This document shows, piece after piece, positions 50,040 to 63,346 of a stretch of DNA of 64,000 nt (the stretch's first letter is position 1; each line of letters opens with the position of its first letter). Source of the stretch: Eledone cirrhosa. Taxonomy: Eukaryota. The stretch is from contig OZ024742.1 in NCBI GenBank assembly GCA_964016885.1, forward strand, positions 133,548,001-133,612,000, given 5' to 3'. The notes under the pieces were generated by a model, which did not search any database, was not told where the DNA came from, and saw nothing but the letters and a program-made list of their open reading frames with translations. A program made the translations under genes and the position numbers.

Positions 50040-50330
50040 ATGAGAGAAATCACACGGGAAATTAAATATTGTGGTACTAAAATGTGGAATGGTGAATCAA
50101 CTAGATTGTTCTGGTTAAATGGAAATATTAAGTTTAAAGTATTACCTGAATAACCAGAACCATTGTGGGTACTGTTGATTGGTATAACTACGGAATCAAG
50201 ACAGACACTTACTTCAAAACATCCAAAAGTACAATAGTGCATTCCAGATGACAGAACAAGTTACACATGTGGTGAAAATGTCATCCATAAATGTGGCTTT
50301 ATACACACTTTCAATATTCAAGGAGCAATA
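50040..50330 (+). pseudogene. Degenerate Helitron Rep/Helicase N-terminal fragment
   Basis: YCGTKMWNGES..NGNIK..LPE*PEPL..LLIG..ESR / HLLQNIQKYNSAFQMT / GFIHTFNIQG matches my recollection of the RepHel pattern CxxC..CC.GK..PPEPL..HFL.NIR.YNS.FQMTS..TFKIQGQ. Confidence 0.68.
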
Positions 50331-50343
50331 ACGATATTTTAGA

Positions 50344-50400
<57 letters not shown>

Positions 50401-50433
50401 TACACAAGTATCAAAGTTATGTTCAAATCATTT

Positions 50434-50485
50434 AATCCCTGACAATTGTTTCTTCCAAACTTTAGTTTGGAGTCATCAGAGCATT
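50434..50485 (-). ncRNA. Minimal hammerhead in the inverted arm of PLE 2
   Basis: Minus strand: gct-CTGATGA-c tccaaac taaa gtttgga a-GAAA-caattg-TC-agg. Confidence 0.7.
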
Positions 50486-50896
50486 ATCAATGTCTGTACA
50501 TATAATTAACCTCCTAGTCAACTGAACATATATAGATACATATATATTGATGTTGTATGTATTCATATATGCCTAATACCTTTGCTTGTTTCCTTCTCAT
50601 ATATATGACTAACGCATGTACAACCTTTAGACGCTTGAATATATACTTCTTTCTCAATGCCTCTTTAATTATTAAACTATTCTCTTTATTATCTGTCGCC
50701 TGTATTCCACTCTGTGCTTTTAATTTTAATTTTAATTTTAATTTGAATTTGAATTATTGTACAATTCTCGTATAATATATGTCGCATCCATTACACCCTG
50801 TAAATACTAAACTGTTGTTCACAACATCAATATATATGTATCTATATGATTGTTCAGTTGAATAGGAGGTTAATTATATGTACAAACATTGATATT

Positions 50897-50941
50897 GCTC
50901 CGATGACTCCAAACTAAAGTTTGGAAGAAACAATTGTCAGC
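50897..50941 (+). ncRNA. Minimal hammerhead in the 5' repeat of PLE 2 (U4C)
   Basis: gct-CCGATGA-c tccaaac taaa gtttgga a-GAAA-caattg-TC-agc. Confidence 0.65.
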
Positions 50942-51199
50942 GATTAAATGATTTGTACATAACTTTGATACGTGTGTAACTTATATTCCTGGTCTCTAAA
51001 ACACCTGATGTTCTTACATTGAGTTATTTCTCTTACTGGTAATAAAGTAGTAATAAATTACTGACCTTTCCTGTTTATAGTTATTTATAGTATAGTATAT
51101 ACATAACTATAAATAGTATCATTATTATTATTAACTGCTCCATACTGTTGAGCTAACATACATTAAATTACCAGTATGCTAATCAAAGATTAAATTCCC

Positions 51200-53615
51200 A
51201 TGTCTACTAAGTACATACCAATACCATCTAAAGATACATATGAAAAATTATTGATCAATAGTGTCAACTCCTTTATCAATAGTGTGAGATGGAGGACATT
51301 CCATTATGATAGAAACAGATCTAACAAAAACAGTGATACTAACAATTGCGACTCTTACGGCTTTAACACTTTTAAAAGCCCTCCTCACAACACCTTATTA
51401 AACTCTTTTGAAAATGATCTAATAAAACTAGTTAAGAACATTAAGTACAAAACGCATCGTAATAGAAACAACACGTTCTTAAACAACCTTAACTCCACTA
51501 TTAAAGGATTTAATTTAAAAAAAAAATTATAGTATATGCAGATTAAACAAATAATATATACAGCTTAGATTATGATACATATAGAACATTTATATATAAA
51601 GAACTACATAGGAGCTACAAGAAAACTACTATTAAAAACCTAGAAAATATAAATATAGTAGGCCGTAATATATATAGTGTGTAAATTAGGACTTCAGAGA
51701 CATACACAGCCATACACCACTAACCCCCCGAGATTCTCTCTGAAGGACCATAAAGAAGACTTCATTAGTAAACCTTCGATAAGACTAATCTGCCCTTCCA
51801 AATATGACATTGGTATTATCAGCAAGAAAATATTAGATAGAATCATCCCACAGATTAAGCACAAAATATATCTTAACCAGTGGGGAAATACAGGTGAAGT
51901 TATTGAATGGTTTAAGGATATTAAAGAGAATAAAAATCAAAATAATTATATAATTTGATATCAATTCATACTACACTACTATTTCCCCTATCCTATTAAA
52001 TAAGGCACTAATTATGGCCATGAACAATAGTGACCTGACTAGATCCAAAATTGATGTCATACTTGCGGCCCGAAAAAAGCCATAATTACATTTAAAGATC
52101 AATTATGGACCCGCAAGGATACGCATAACAACTTTGACATACCTATGGGATCTAGTGACTCGGCGCAGGTCACTGATTTGGTGGGCCTATATCTACTAAA
52201 TGAAATTCATAAGAACCTACCCCACCTAAATGGTGGTTTATACCGCGATGATGCACTACTCCTTATAGAATATAAACAATTTAATATAGAAATAACTAGG
52301 AAACCATTACATAAAATTTCAAAAACTTCAACTTAAGTATCACTAAAAACGTTAACTTCCTTGATGCTACCCCTTACCTAAACTCTAAAATATATACACC
52401 TTTTCATAAACCTAACGAAAAACTAATTTATGTGGATACTAAGTCTAACCACCCTAAATCCATATTAAACTCAATCACTAAAGGAATATCTAATAGAATC
52501 TCGAATCTATCATATAACGAAACCATATTTAACAATAATTCGCAATACTATAATCAGACATTAGCTAAATCAGGCCATAAAAATGGGATTGAATTCCTAC
52601 CTATAAAATCACATAGTTACAACATTATTTTTCACAATATGGCCATGAGGAAAAATAATAAGTGTACTAGCCACTATAACTCTAATACGAAGGGTAATAT
52701 CAAACTTAGCTCGCACCAAAGTAAGCACCACAATAATATTATAAATAGAAATACCTCAAAAGATATGACAAATAACAGAAATAGAAGAACTAATACATTC
52801 TTCAATCCCCCTTTCAATCTAAACGTCTCTACCAACTTGCCTAAGGCTCTCTTCTCAATCCTAGAAAAAAACTTCCCATCTGGCCACAAATACCATAATC
52901 TTATGAATAAAAACACCATTAAAATCTCTTATTCTACCACACCTAACATCGCATACCATATAGCTAGTAGTAATAAAAGGAAGATTGATAATTATTTCCA
53001 ACTAATTAAAACACAGCAGGAGGTAAACTTACAGCACAACATAATACCTACAAACCCTAGTAGCAATAGTAATAATAGTAATAACACTAATGAAATCAAT
53101 AATAATAGGAACGACAAACATCATTACCCTAGAGCTATCCATAGCAACCAGATTTCTACACAACATAATAACCGGCAAGATAACATCCAAAATAAATGTA
53201 ACTGTAGATCAAATTGAACTTGCCCATTAGGTAATAATTGCTTAATCAAATACATCATTTACTCCTGCACGGTCAACACAAACAACGCTTCTAAAATATA
53301 TATTGGCTCTACTTCGAACTGCTTCAAGACGAGATACAACTCGCACCTCCACTCTTTCCAAAAACACAATCTAGCCAACTCCACTTCGCTATCTAGCTAC
53401 ATACACTCTCTGAAAACTAGGAATAGACCATATACACTTCAATGGGAAGTAGTAGGTAGGGCTACATCATATAAACCACCGAATAAATTTTGTAACCTCT
53501 GGCTTCTAGAGATCCGTACTAAAATCTTTTCGAAACTAAACCTCCTAAATCAGAGATGTTTTCCTCGTGCCAGCACCACTACCGATACTCATTCCATAGC
53601 TTTAAACTTAGCCGC
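51200..53615 (+). pseudogene. Frameshifted PLE ORF: RT, CxCx5Cx5C linker, GIY-YIG endonuclease
   Basis: STKYIPIPSK..VRWRTFHY; LKDHKEDF..PSIRLICP; MGSSDSAQVTDLVG; YRDD; SNHP; FNPPF; KISYS; CNCRSN*TCPLGNNC; IIYSC..IYIGST..FKTRYNSH; CNL; CQH. Confidence 0.9.
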
Positions 53616-54635
53616 TAGTATATAACGATGTCAGATTTGAATTCCTCACCACCATTAACACTTCACTTCTAAGACTTTTCTTTCCCCACAGCATCACACT
53701 CTTTGATCTGCTCTTTCCTCTACACAAATCCTATTTATCTCAAACATTATACTCTACAATAACTATTAGAAATAAACATATAGTCACCACCTTTTAATAT
53801 AAATACTTTAGGTTACTTATAATATATGCAGTAATTGATATATAATATGTATAGTCATTAAATATAATATTTGACAATGAATTATATATACATTTATAAT
53901 TAAATGTATAAATTAATAACATTGTATATAAAGGATTACATTATTAACATAAGGGATTTATTTAATTTAACATGCAAACAGCTATACATTATTCCATATC
54001 TTGCCTAGTATTGGGTAGATAACAATCTAATGAAACCTTTAATATATTATGAGAGAATAGACTGTATTTAAAATTAAATATAAATATATAACATTATGTA
54101 AAAGGGATTCAATTGTGACACTATATAATGTCTATTATTTAATGTATATTAGAGCAAAGAATGTAAATAGTTTAATGAGCTAGTTAGCTCCCCTTAATTT
54201 TTTTATATAATATCCACTTGCGGATATTAAACCGTTGGAAAATATCGTTGTGGAACAACTCTAATCCATGAATATGAATACAATAAGACCAAGTTACAGT
54301 CCATTACAATAACTAACTAAAAACATTCAATACAAACATTAACTAATATATAACTTAACATGGATGGGAAATCAGTAACTTTCATATTCTCCACACCTAC
54401 AAATTTGAACTCTACAGAAACTTTCATCGCATTACATCCTCCATAATACACTAACATATTCGCTTAAAGTGCTTGTATTTTATGTAATACCTTACCATAC
54501 AGTATTCATAAATGCCTAATACTTTTGGTTGTTTCCTTCTCATATATATGACTAACGCATGTGCAATCTCTACAGGCTTGAATATGTACTTCTTTCTCAA
54601 TGCCTCTTTAATTATTATACTATTCTATTGTATTA

Positions 54636-54707
<72 letters not shown>

Positions 54708-54939
54708 TACATATATATCTAATGATATATATGTACAATAGAACATATCAACTTAAACAGAGGATAATCTGTATTGAATATAATAACACATGGTTCATTA
54801 CGGTATCATTAAAATTTAACAACATGACGTATATAATTTTAAATGTTATATATTTATGCTCATACATGTCAGTGGAATTCCACTGAAACTGGTTGAACAT
54901 TCATGTATTTCAGAGTCATGTATATGAGTGAAAGAACGC

Positions 54940-55590
54940 CGGAGGTTGAATTATGTGCAAGAGCTTTTGCAGTAATGCGCCATCTTCAACAGTTAGTAAC
55001 CGGGAACAATGTAGTTGTAAGCACCAAAGCCACTATATTTAATTCGATATTCGTGCTGACCTTTAACGATGGTAATATATGTTGGATAATGACCGAAAAT
55101 ATACGATCTCGAATGCAAGCGGCCGAAATGGGGTCCCTCCGTAGAATCTTTGGAGTAACGTTTGTAGCTCGCTGATCAGTCTCGCTTGGGGTAAAGACGC
55201 TAAATCTCCGAATTGAGAGATCACCCCAATATTAAGGACATGTGGTTAAAAGGCTGGAAAGACCTTACGTGCAAAACCAACCGGCAAGAATCCCATGGAT
55301 ATACTCCAAGCAAGATGATTGGATAACACCAACACGCTCAGTGGATCTCGCATTTGTATCCGTCAGGATCAATTGGCGGTGGTTGCATTTGACAGGAGAT
55401 ACTGGAGTGTGGATTTGAGGACACTGCGCCAAATACCCTTCCAGGAATAAGTGATAAAGTGATGCGTATATTCGAACAGCAATGCTGCACAGAATGGAGA
55501 CATGGGCGTTGTGTTTAGAGGAATGACTAAAATTGGAAAGAAATGAAGCTTCTATGCTCCGATTGATGTGTAATAGTAATATACATGAAT
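54940..55590 (+). pseudogene. Two adjacent degenerate RTE-clade LINE ORF C-terminal fragments
   Basis: KATIFNSIFV.T...CWIMTENIRSRMQAAEMGSLRRIFG (Expander/Rex3-like), and from 55461 DAYIRTAMLHRMETWA..LERNEASMLRLMC. Confidence 0.7.
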
Positions 55591-57246
55591 GGCGATGACA
55601 CTGTATCACAATGAGCTATGATATGTTTATATCTCATTTACGGTTCACATCATTCTATAGAGATACTTGTATTAACTGAACATGTAATGTTTTGACAACC
55701 CTTTGAAAGTATATTACACGGGTAGTCTCTTTGCTTGATTTTACCTACATTTAATTTTAAGTTAAGACGAAACCTAGTCATTGTTCACAGAGCAATCTAT
55801 ATCTCTCACCTCCCAATTTTGTGTGTCATTACTGATAAAAAAATATCATCTTGCTGAAGAAATCTAATAAGTAGGAACATTTCCGGACATAAAACCGCAC
55901 CACCAAGATTACTCTAAAGTTGAAATGCATGGTCCGCAGTGTAATTCTAATCAATTTTAATTACTTAAAATGCCACGCGACTCAGAGTCTTTCCTGACTA
56001 GAATTTATCATTAATTTAATAATATATTCTTCTCTCAGCGTGGGTCATTTTACTTAATTAAATGTTCATGTAAGTTAGCAGCGATCTTACCAAGGATTAA
56101 TTGAAGTTACACGTTTATATTTAATGGAAAACAGGCAGCGTTTATTAAACAGATTAGTAAATATCGTTAGTTTATGGGCAAATATAGGCGCCTATAGGCG
56201 TCATTCAGAATCTCCATTAAATCACAAAGCATACTCTCTAAATAGTACAGAACATTGGATAAAATAAACATTCATACACTGCCTGAATGTGAATGCTTTC
56301 ATCACAAATGGGTATAAAATCCCTTTCACCACCTCTTGCACTAGCTCCTAGATGCGAAGGGGGGCTGAATATCGCATGATCCACGAATACACCATATGCT
56401 CACTAACATTTTTAAAGAACAAACACGTATATTAGCAATGCCGCCTTCAGATAAGTAAATAATCGACAGTGTCAGTTAAAAGGTTTTTTTACCATCGGTC
56501 TACACAATAAGAGCATATATGGAATTGGTGTGCGTTTAGAAGTGGTAACCTATTTATTTGTGTGCATGTTGTGTGTTCATAATGTAATTTCACATTCTTC
56601 TTTCGCGAAATCATGTATTGCCCTTTTCGTCAATCTTTATACATGCAAGTGCCATCAGTTTCAATAAAGATTTTTCCGGGATTTGAATTTGTGTGATAGT
56701 AAAGGCATAGTCGTTTTTATATCAATTCGCACATTTAATCATTTATTTGAAATAACGTCATAAGTTACCATTGTAAGTGAAAAGATAAAAGGGTTTTATC
56801 ATCATCAGATACATAAACAACAATCTCTGAAACAAGTAAATACTATCTACATAACATTCTTCATGTGTACTTGTAGGTTAATTGCTATAAATTAAAGATT
56901 TATCTACCCTCTCTTATACACGGGACAACGTTTGGCTTGTGTTAGATGCTGTGACCCCGGACGGACTATCAGTTGGTACGCGACGAAACTGCCAAGATCC
57001 ACCTCAACGGCCGATCACTCTGGACTTCGGTATCCTTCATTTGTATTTCTTTAAAAAAAAAAAAAAAATTTGTTAAGGTTTCCACTAAAAAAAACAAAAA
57101 CTTTTAATTAATTGTCTTTTTTACTCTTCGCTAATTTGTTAAAGTTTAGCATTCTTTATACAGACTTCTCATTAACCTGACATTTGACAGACATATACGC
57201 ATATACATATTTGACAGACACACTCATATAAATCTGTTTCTATGTG

Positions 57247-57398
<152 letters not shown>

Positions 57399-57552
57399 AG
57401 GGAGTATAACTTGGAGTTACTGTAGGTTCCTCCAGGTGAGCACTCGATGTTTAGCTACACTTCAGAGACGAGGTGTAGAGCTAGACAGAGTGTAATATAG
57501 TGAAATAAGATAACAAGGAGGATTGGTTACTCCTTCATTACGTTTATTGGTT

Positions 57553-57637
57553 GGTGACGCCCGTTTCGCCACTGATCAGCACAAGATTCTATATGTATCG
57601 ATCTGACCGGACTCTGTAATCGGCGGCTCCTCAGACC
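57553..57637 (-). ncRNA. Type I hammerhead, intact core
   Basis: Minus strand: ggt-CTGAGGA-gccgccgatta...tgatcagtggc-GAAA-cgggcg-TC-acc; the inverted arm keeps the palindromic stem III cgcgcg. Confidence 0.82.
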
Positions 57638-57677
57638 CCTTGTAATGATCAGTGGCGAAACGCGCGTCACCAACCAA

Positions 57678-58159
57678 TCTAAACTATAATAAAATAAGAA
57701 GCGCGGGGCTATGTACGGTTTATAATTTTTTATCCCATTAGTAAAATAAGTTGGATTTTTTGAATAAATAATGAATGAATATTACATAATTTATCTACTA
57801 AATTTCGTCGCTGTTCATTAAATATATTTTATTATTTATTTAAAGATTCTCTCATTTAAAATGTTCAAATGTCAACAATTCCGGTGGCGATCGCTTAAAT
57901 AAACATATTGTGGTTCTCTAACTTATTTTATCCTAATGCATTTATATATAATATTGTCTTTTTTTTAAATGTATCATGGATTACGTTAGTGATTACATAA
58001 GACAGTGCAACACAGGCTTCGTTCAATGTCTGTGTATATTGTCAATTACGATTTTATTTGATGTATCATATCTACATGTATATATACTTGCGTATAATTT
58101 CAATATACACACTACACATGCTAGTAGAAAAACAACCCGATGGGTGGTTTTTATGATAG
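57678..58159 (+). mobile_element. Non-autonomous Helitron, 482 bp
   Basis: 5' TCTAAACTATAATAAAA; 3' hairpin AAAAAC.ACCC gat GGGT.GTTTTT then ...GATAG (CTAG variant); inserted between A and T with no target duplication; empty site in the sister arm. Confidence 0.82.
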
Positions 58160-58226
58160 TAAACGTAATGAAGGAGTAACCAATCGTCCTTCTTATCTTA
58201 TTTCAATATATATATATATATATATA

Positions 58227-58610
58227 TATATTTGAAAAAAAAGGAAAAGAATGATGTCACTTATAGTTCTAAACACATTGATTTAATTTCATAATATTAT
58301 AATATTATGAGTTGGTAGATCTAGTAAGTTCTTTGTTAACTTCGGTGGGAAAATTTTTAAAGATTCCTGGTTAACTTTCCTGGAGACCTTTCTCGCATTC
58401 GTCGATGGCGATTGTCGAACTGAGATCAGGCTGACAATCGCTATCGACGTATGCGAGAAATTTCTCCACGGAAGTTAACCAAGAATATTGAAAAATCTTC
58501 CCACCGAAGCTAACAAAGAACTACCAACTCATAATATTATAATATAAAATTAAATCTATTTGTTTAGAACAACAAAGTGAAATCATTCTTTCACTTTTTT
58601 TTCAAATATA
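58227..58610. repeat. Long imperfect palindrome, ~180-190-bp arms, 16-nt loop at 58417-58432
   Basis: ...GTCGATGGCGATTGTC / GACAATCGCTATCGAC...; pairing extends to TTTGAAAAAAA / TTTTTTTCAAA. Confidence 0.88.
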
Positions 58611-58650
58611 CCTAACTGTAACAAGATCCTACATATTTTCCAATACATAA

Positions 58651-58740
<90 letters not shown>

Positions 58741-58886
58741 GGGTGTGTATGATTGTGTATAGAAGATTATATTAATAAAAGCAATTCCAACTTTATCTTA
58801 TTTACTCGTTTTATTTACAATCCTTTAAAATTATAATGATATTATAATTAAATAGTATGGTAGAATATTAAATGTTAAGTTTAATT

Positions 58887-58923
58887 GAACAAGTATTTTC
58901 ATGCTTTCGCAATCTTCAGGTTC
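58887..58923 (-). ncRNA. Minimal type I hammerhead motif, slightly degenerate
   Basis: Minus strand: gaac-CTGAAGA-t tgc gaaa gca t-GAAA-atac-TT-gttc. Confidence 0.6.
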
Positions 58924-58991
58924 CAATTCTGTGGTGTCAGTCAAGTTTGCAATTTTTAACTATATATATATATATTTTATATATATAATGG

Positions 58992-59205
58992 TTTCTAGTA
59001 TAGGCACAAGGCCAGTCATTTGGGATGAGGGGAAAGTCGATTAAATCGACCCCAGTAAGTTACCGGAGCTTTATTTTAACGACCCCGTATAGGTGAAGGG
59101 TAAAGTTAACCTCGGCGGGTTTTGAACTCAGACCGTAAATGATCGTAACTCTATGCTGCTAAGCATGGTGTCCAACTCTCTAACGATACTGCCAATCCAC
59201 TGCCC
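58992..59205 (-). mobile_element. tRNA-derived SINE, resembling the octopus OK-type family
   Basis: Minus strand A-box-like TGGCAGTATCG and B box GAGTTCAAAAC; 3' end CCTTGTGCCTA..TAGAAA. Confidence 0.82.
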
Positions 59206-59813
59206 TAAATATATAATGATAATATGTATGTGCGTGTGTGTTTCCATGTGTGGCTGTGTTTATTGTAGTTGGTACCAAATAAATCTCATTAAACTTAGCA
59301 TGCCTTTTATGAAATTGCGTTTTCTGACGTGTTTACGTATTTTAATGATTCAATCCCCAGTCGTGTCGTGTCCCGATTTGTTCCAGTGTCAGGAGGTAGG
59401 ATTTCAATACAGAAAAGAAACACTAAGCCTGCAATACGTTGAACATTTACGTAACACAGCTCCGCTGGACTGGTTATTTCTGTGACGATCTTGAAATGAT
59501 AAGAAGCTAAGATCACCGCAATAGAAATTGAATCAAGACGCAGAGAGCTCAAACTAATAGAGGAAGGCATTTAATCCATTTACATATACGCGGTCATAAA
59601 ATCTGAATAGAAAAAAAAACACTCGTGTGCACATTGTGAACATATACACACAGACACACACACACACATCTCTCTCTCTATATATATGTATATATATATA
59701 TGTGTATATATATATACACGTGAGTGTTCGTGTGAAGAGGGAGAGAGAGATAAATACATACATACATACATACATACATACATACATACATACACATACA
59801 CGTATATATATAT

Positions 59814-59989
59814 AACGAAGGAGTTGTTGTAAGGAACCAGATGGACCATAACGCACCAAAGTACTAAATACTTAGGGTCTAGAGTGGGTAATAGGAACAT
59901 GTACGGCTCCGACGGCAGAGCTCAAGCCGTGACCAGAAATAGCCGTATAAACGGCTTGAGCTCTGCCGTCGGGGCCATACATTTTCCTA
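59814..59989. mobile_element. Short family B copy with inverted arm; holds only the stem III half of the hammerhead
   Basis: CCGACGGCAGAGCTCAAGCCGT and its inverse ACGGCTTGAGCTCTGCCGTCGG. Confidence 0.7.
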
Positions 59990-60287
59990 TATATATATAT
60001 AGGCTTAGACACACACACACACTCATACACACATACGAATACGCACACACACACACACACATACACATATAAATATATAAATATAAATATGTATACGTAC
60101 ATACATATAAGTATACAGACGTACAGTAGTATGTATATATATACACACACATATATATATATATGCACGTATGGATTTACCGAACATTATTATAATGCTC
60201 GGTTTGTTTGTAAACAAACATCCCGAATTACGCCGTACAGTGTTTAGCAACCATCGTTGCCTTTTCGGTCAACACTGACAAAGGAAA

Positions 60288-60326
60288 GATGTACCAGTTT
60301 CAAGCTTATTAGCTATCGTCAGCACC
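60288..60326 (-). ncRNA. Minimal type I hammerhead, family E
   Basis: Minus strand: ggtg-CTGACGA-tagct aata agctt-GAAA-ctgg-TA-catc. Confidence 0.78.
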
Positions 60327-60716
60327 GCATACCTTCCTGCCAGATGATTGAACGTCTGAAAGTATATACTTTCCTTATGCATATTAACGGCTGAGCAGCC
60401 TAATTTGCATATCGAATGAGTTAATGGATCGGGCGCACCGAAAACGATAAATGGAAAAAATGAAACGAAATTTCATTTCTCACTCTCAGTACGGCTGTTA
60501 CTTAAATATAAGTATGTATACGTACATACATATATATATACAGACGTACAGTAGTATGTATATATATACAGACATGCACACATATATATATGTACGTATG
60601 GATTTACCGAATATTTATTATAATGCTCGTTTTTTTTTGTAAACAAACATCCCGAATTAAGCCGTACTGCGTTTAGCAACGATCGTTGCCCTTTTGGTCA
60701 ACACTGACAAAGGAAC

Positions 60717-60755
60717 GATGTTCCAGTTTCAAGCTTATTAGCTATCGTCAGCAAC
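60717..60755 (-). ncRNA. Family E hammerhead, cleavage site mutated (U16.1A)
   Basis: Minus strand: gttg-CTGACGA-tagct aata agctt-GAAA-ctgg-AA-catc. Confidence 0.55.
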
Positions 60756-60830
60756 AAAAATGGTTGGACTCAGGAAACGATTTTAGACTGACCTGGACAT
60801 AGCGTGGAGACCGGATGCAATATATAATTA

Positions 60831-61010
60831 TTTCTATTTTAGGCACAAGGCCAGGAATTAACCAGTACAATACTGGTACTTTATTTTATCGACCCCGTAA
60901 GGATGAAAGGCAAAGTTAACCTCGGCGGGATTTGAACTCAGATCGTAAAGGGACGTAACTATGCGGGAAAGTATGTCCGAAGCTCTACCGATACTGCCAA
61001 ATCACCGCCC
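60831..61010 (-). mobile_element. tRNA-derived SINE, same family
   Basis: Minus strand GGGCGGTGATTTGGCAGTATCGGTAGAGC head, B box GAGTTCAAATCC, body GCCTTTCATCCTTACGGGGTCGATAAAATAAAGTACCAG. Confidence 0.85.
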
Positions 61011-61849
61011 TTATATATATAATGCATATCGTATAGCACACGATATACATCACATACAACGCACAACAACCGGCTAGTTTTCTGCAAATCCAAGATCGAC
61101 AATATATATATATATATAAGAAAGTAAGTCCATATAATCATTTGATAAAATATATACAGTATTTCTCCTCCCAATCAGCATAATCAACCACATAAAAAAT
61201 CAATTAAACGAGGCTATAAGTTTAAAATATACATACATACATACATAAATATATCTGCATGACTGATTGACTGAGTGGGAGATATCTATGTAATATATAT
61301 ATACACAGAGCTACATATCTATGTATATGTGTGAGTGTATGCATGATTGTATGCGAATGTGTGTGTCGATAACAAAAGGGTAATTCATACATATACACCC
61401 ACATAATACATGCGAATACGAATGTACACGGTTATGCTGAAGTAGTTTATATCTGGTACAAACATTTAAGATATTACACATACACATAAACACACTCACA
61501 TACAAATACTGACAGCTACAATCAATCAATATACATTGATTTTGAATAGCTGGCTTTCATTCTAACTTAGCAAGCCACTGTTTCTCATCAAAGAATCTGG
61601 AGATTTTCCAAAACCACGGTGCGCTTTGGCAGTGAGGTTATGCTTAGTCTAAGCTAGTTAATTACATTTTAGCTCCTCCATTGGGTTGGTTTTCTTTATC
61701 GTACATCTTGCTCAATTTTTAAGCCAAATAGCAATAGAGGGGTCTCTCAGTCGTATTCATGATACACATTGAGAATATAGAGTTATAAATACACAAACGC
61801 AAAGCAACACATATATACGGGCATCTGACATAGCGTATGTATATATATT

Positions 61850-61883
<34 letters not shown>

Positions 61884-62040
61884 CGTGTGTGTGGGCTATG
61901 CATATATATATATATTGTGTGTATGTGTTCTTTGTCTATGTGTCGCTGTGTGTGTCTGTGTGTGAATGAGTGTGAATGTGTGTATATTTAAAACCGTCTC
62001 AAATCTATAACACACACACACACACACTCACACACACACA

Positions 62041-62084
<44 letters not shown>

Positions 62085-63346
62085 TACACACACACATACA
62101 CACACACCCATATATATATATATATAAGTGTGTGTGTGTACATCTGTGCGTTGAATGAATACAAACAGGGTGAGCAAAGAAAACGGAGCCCATTCACTTC
62201 AATGAATATTATTCATGTTATATTTATTGGAATCTGAAACCACCACATTAAGTGTCTGAGAGTTTCTCTGTTCCGAATATTTACAACATAATTCTAAGAT
62301 TGGTGCAGAGAAACTCTGTGTTTTGGGTTGTCCAACTTACATCTCTCAAACATTAACAGTTTATACAATAACTTATTCACATTCTGGAATGTTAATCATC
62401 ACAGATCAGGTACATTTCAAAGTATTCCTTTACCACTGTGGGTATCAGTAAGAAAATATATAATAATGTGTATATCGTATATCTATTAATAGCAGAGCCT
62501 CAACCGAGTACTAAAAGAGTGAAAGAGTATTTATTTCATTCATCTCGACTATGTTTGATTAAAATATATCAGTAACTTACCCACTCTCACACATTGCATT
62601 TCTTCCATGTACTGTGCCGCTTATGTTGTCATTTTTTTTATTATTTTTTCAGATTATACATATATACGTTGGTAAAAATCAGTAGATGAAAAGTCAAATA
62701 AAACAGTGCTCAATCTATTGAAAGAGAACTTATTTTGTATAAACGAATTTCCATACACTTAACATGTATATGCTGCAATTCATTTAGGAGTACAGTCATG
62801 GCCACCACTGTCTATTGTAGAAGGCACTTTTAAGCTGGCCCTTCATTCGAGCACGTGAACTAAAATATGAAAAGAGAAGTGGTTATCCTTCGACTAATTC
62901 TTTCAACGAATCGTGGAGATTTATATATTTGAAACAAAGGAGGCAAATCTTGTTTGAAATCTGTCTGCAGACAAATTTTTAAAAATTTCTATTTTTTTTT
63001 TTTTTTCCTCTAATGCCCAAGATAGGTGACTCTTCAATTTATCAGGTATTTTGCATGTAGTTAAAATGATTAAGTTAAGTACTTATATATATATATATAT
63101 ACGCGGGCACACTCACACTCGCATACACATAACACATTATTAAAGATTTTAAATTCATAGAAATGTATTTGCACGCACATGTGCGCTCATACATATATGC
63201 ATTTGCACACATCTGTACAGGTAATTATATATGCATACATATAAGTATATACATTCCCCCCCCCCCCACACACACACATACACACACACACGCACACGCA
63301 CACACGCATATATATATTTATATATATATATATATATTAATAAAGG

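Larger units (their letters stand above)
50396..54630 (+). mobile_element. Penelope-like retroelement 2, Naiad-like, decayed, with direct and inverted terminal repeat segments
   Basis: 50559-50683 repeats directly at 54502-54626; 50396-50556 is the inverse of 50821-50985; flanked by (TA)n. Confidence 0.87.
60080..60755 (-). mobile_element. Second tandem dimer of the family E unit
   Basis: Hammerheads at 60288-60326 and 60717-60755, 429 bp apart. Confidence 0.78.

Noticed and set aside
53215-53217. In-frame TGA in the PLE 2 Cys linker as selenocysteine (some Naiads are selenoproteins)
   Set aside because: It falls in the x5 gap (CNCRSN*TC), not at a Cys position; all four Cys use TGY; the ORF has other stops and frameshifts; no SECIS identified. 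A family consensus would settle it.
56877-57068. Possible host exon in a GC-richer island beside a poly(A/T) run
   Set aside because: Splice-like signals exist on both strands, but there is no consistent open frame or recognisable peptide; RNA-seq needed.
62164-62330. Tc1/mariner-like terminus CAGGGTG
   Set aside because: No matching opposite terminus or TA duplication found.
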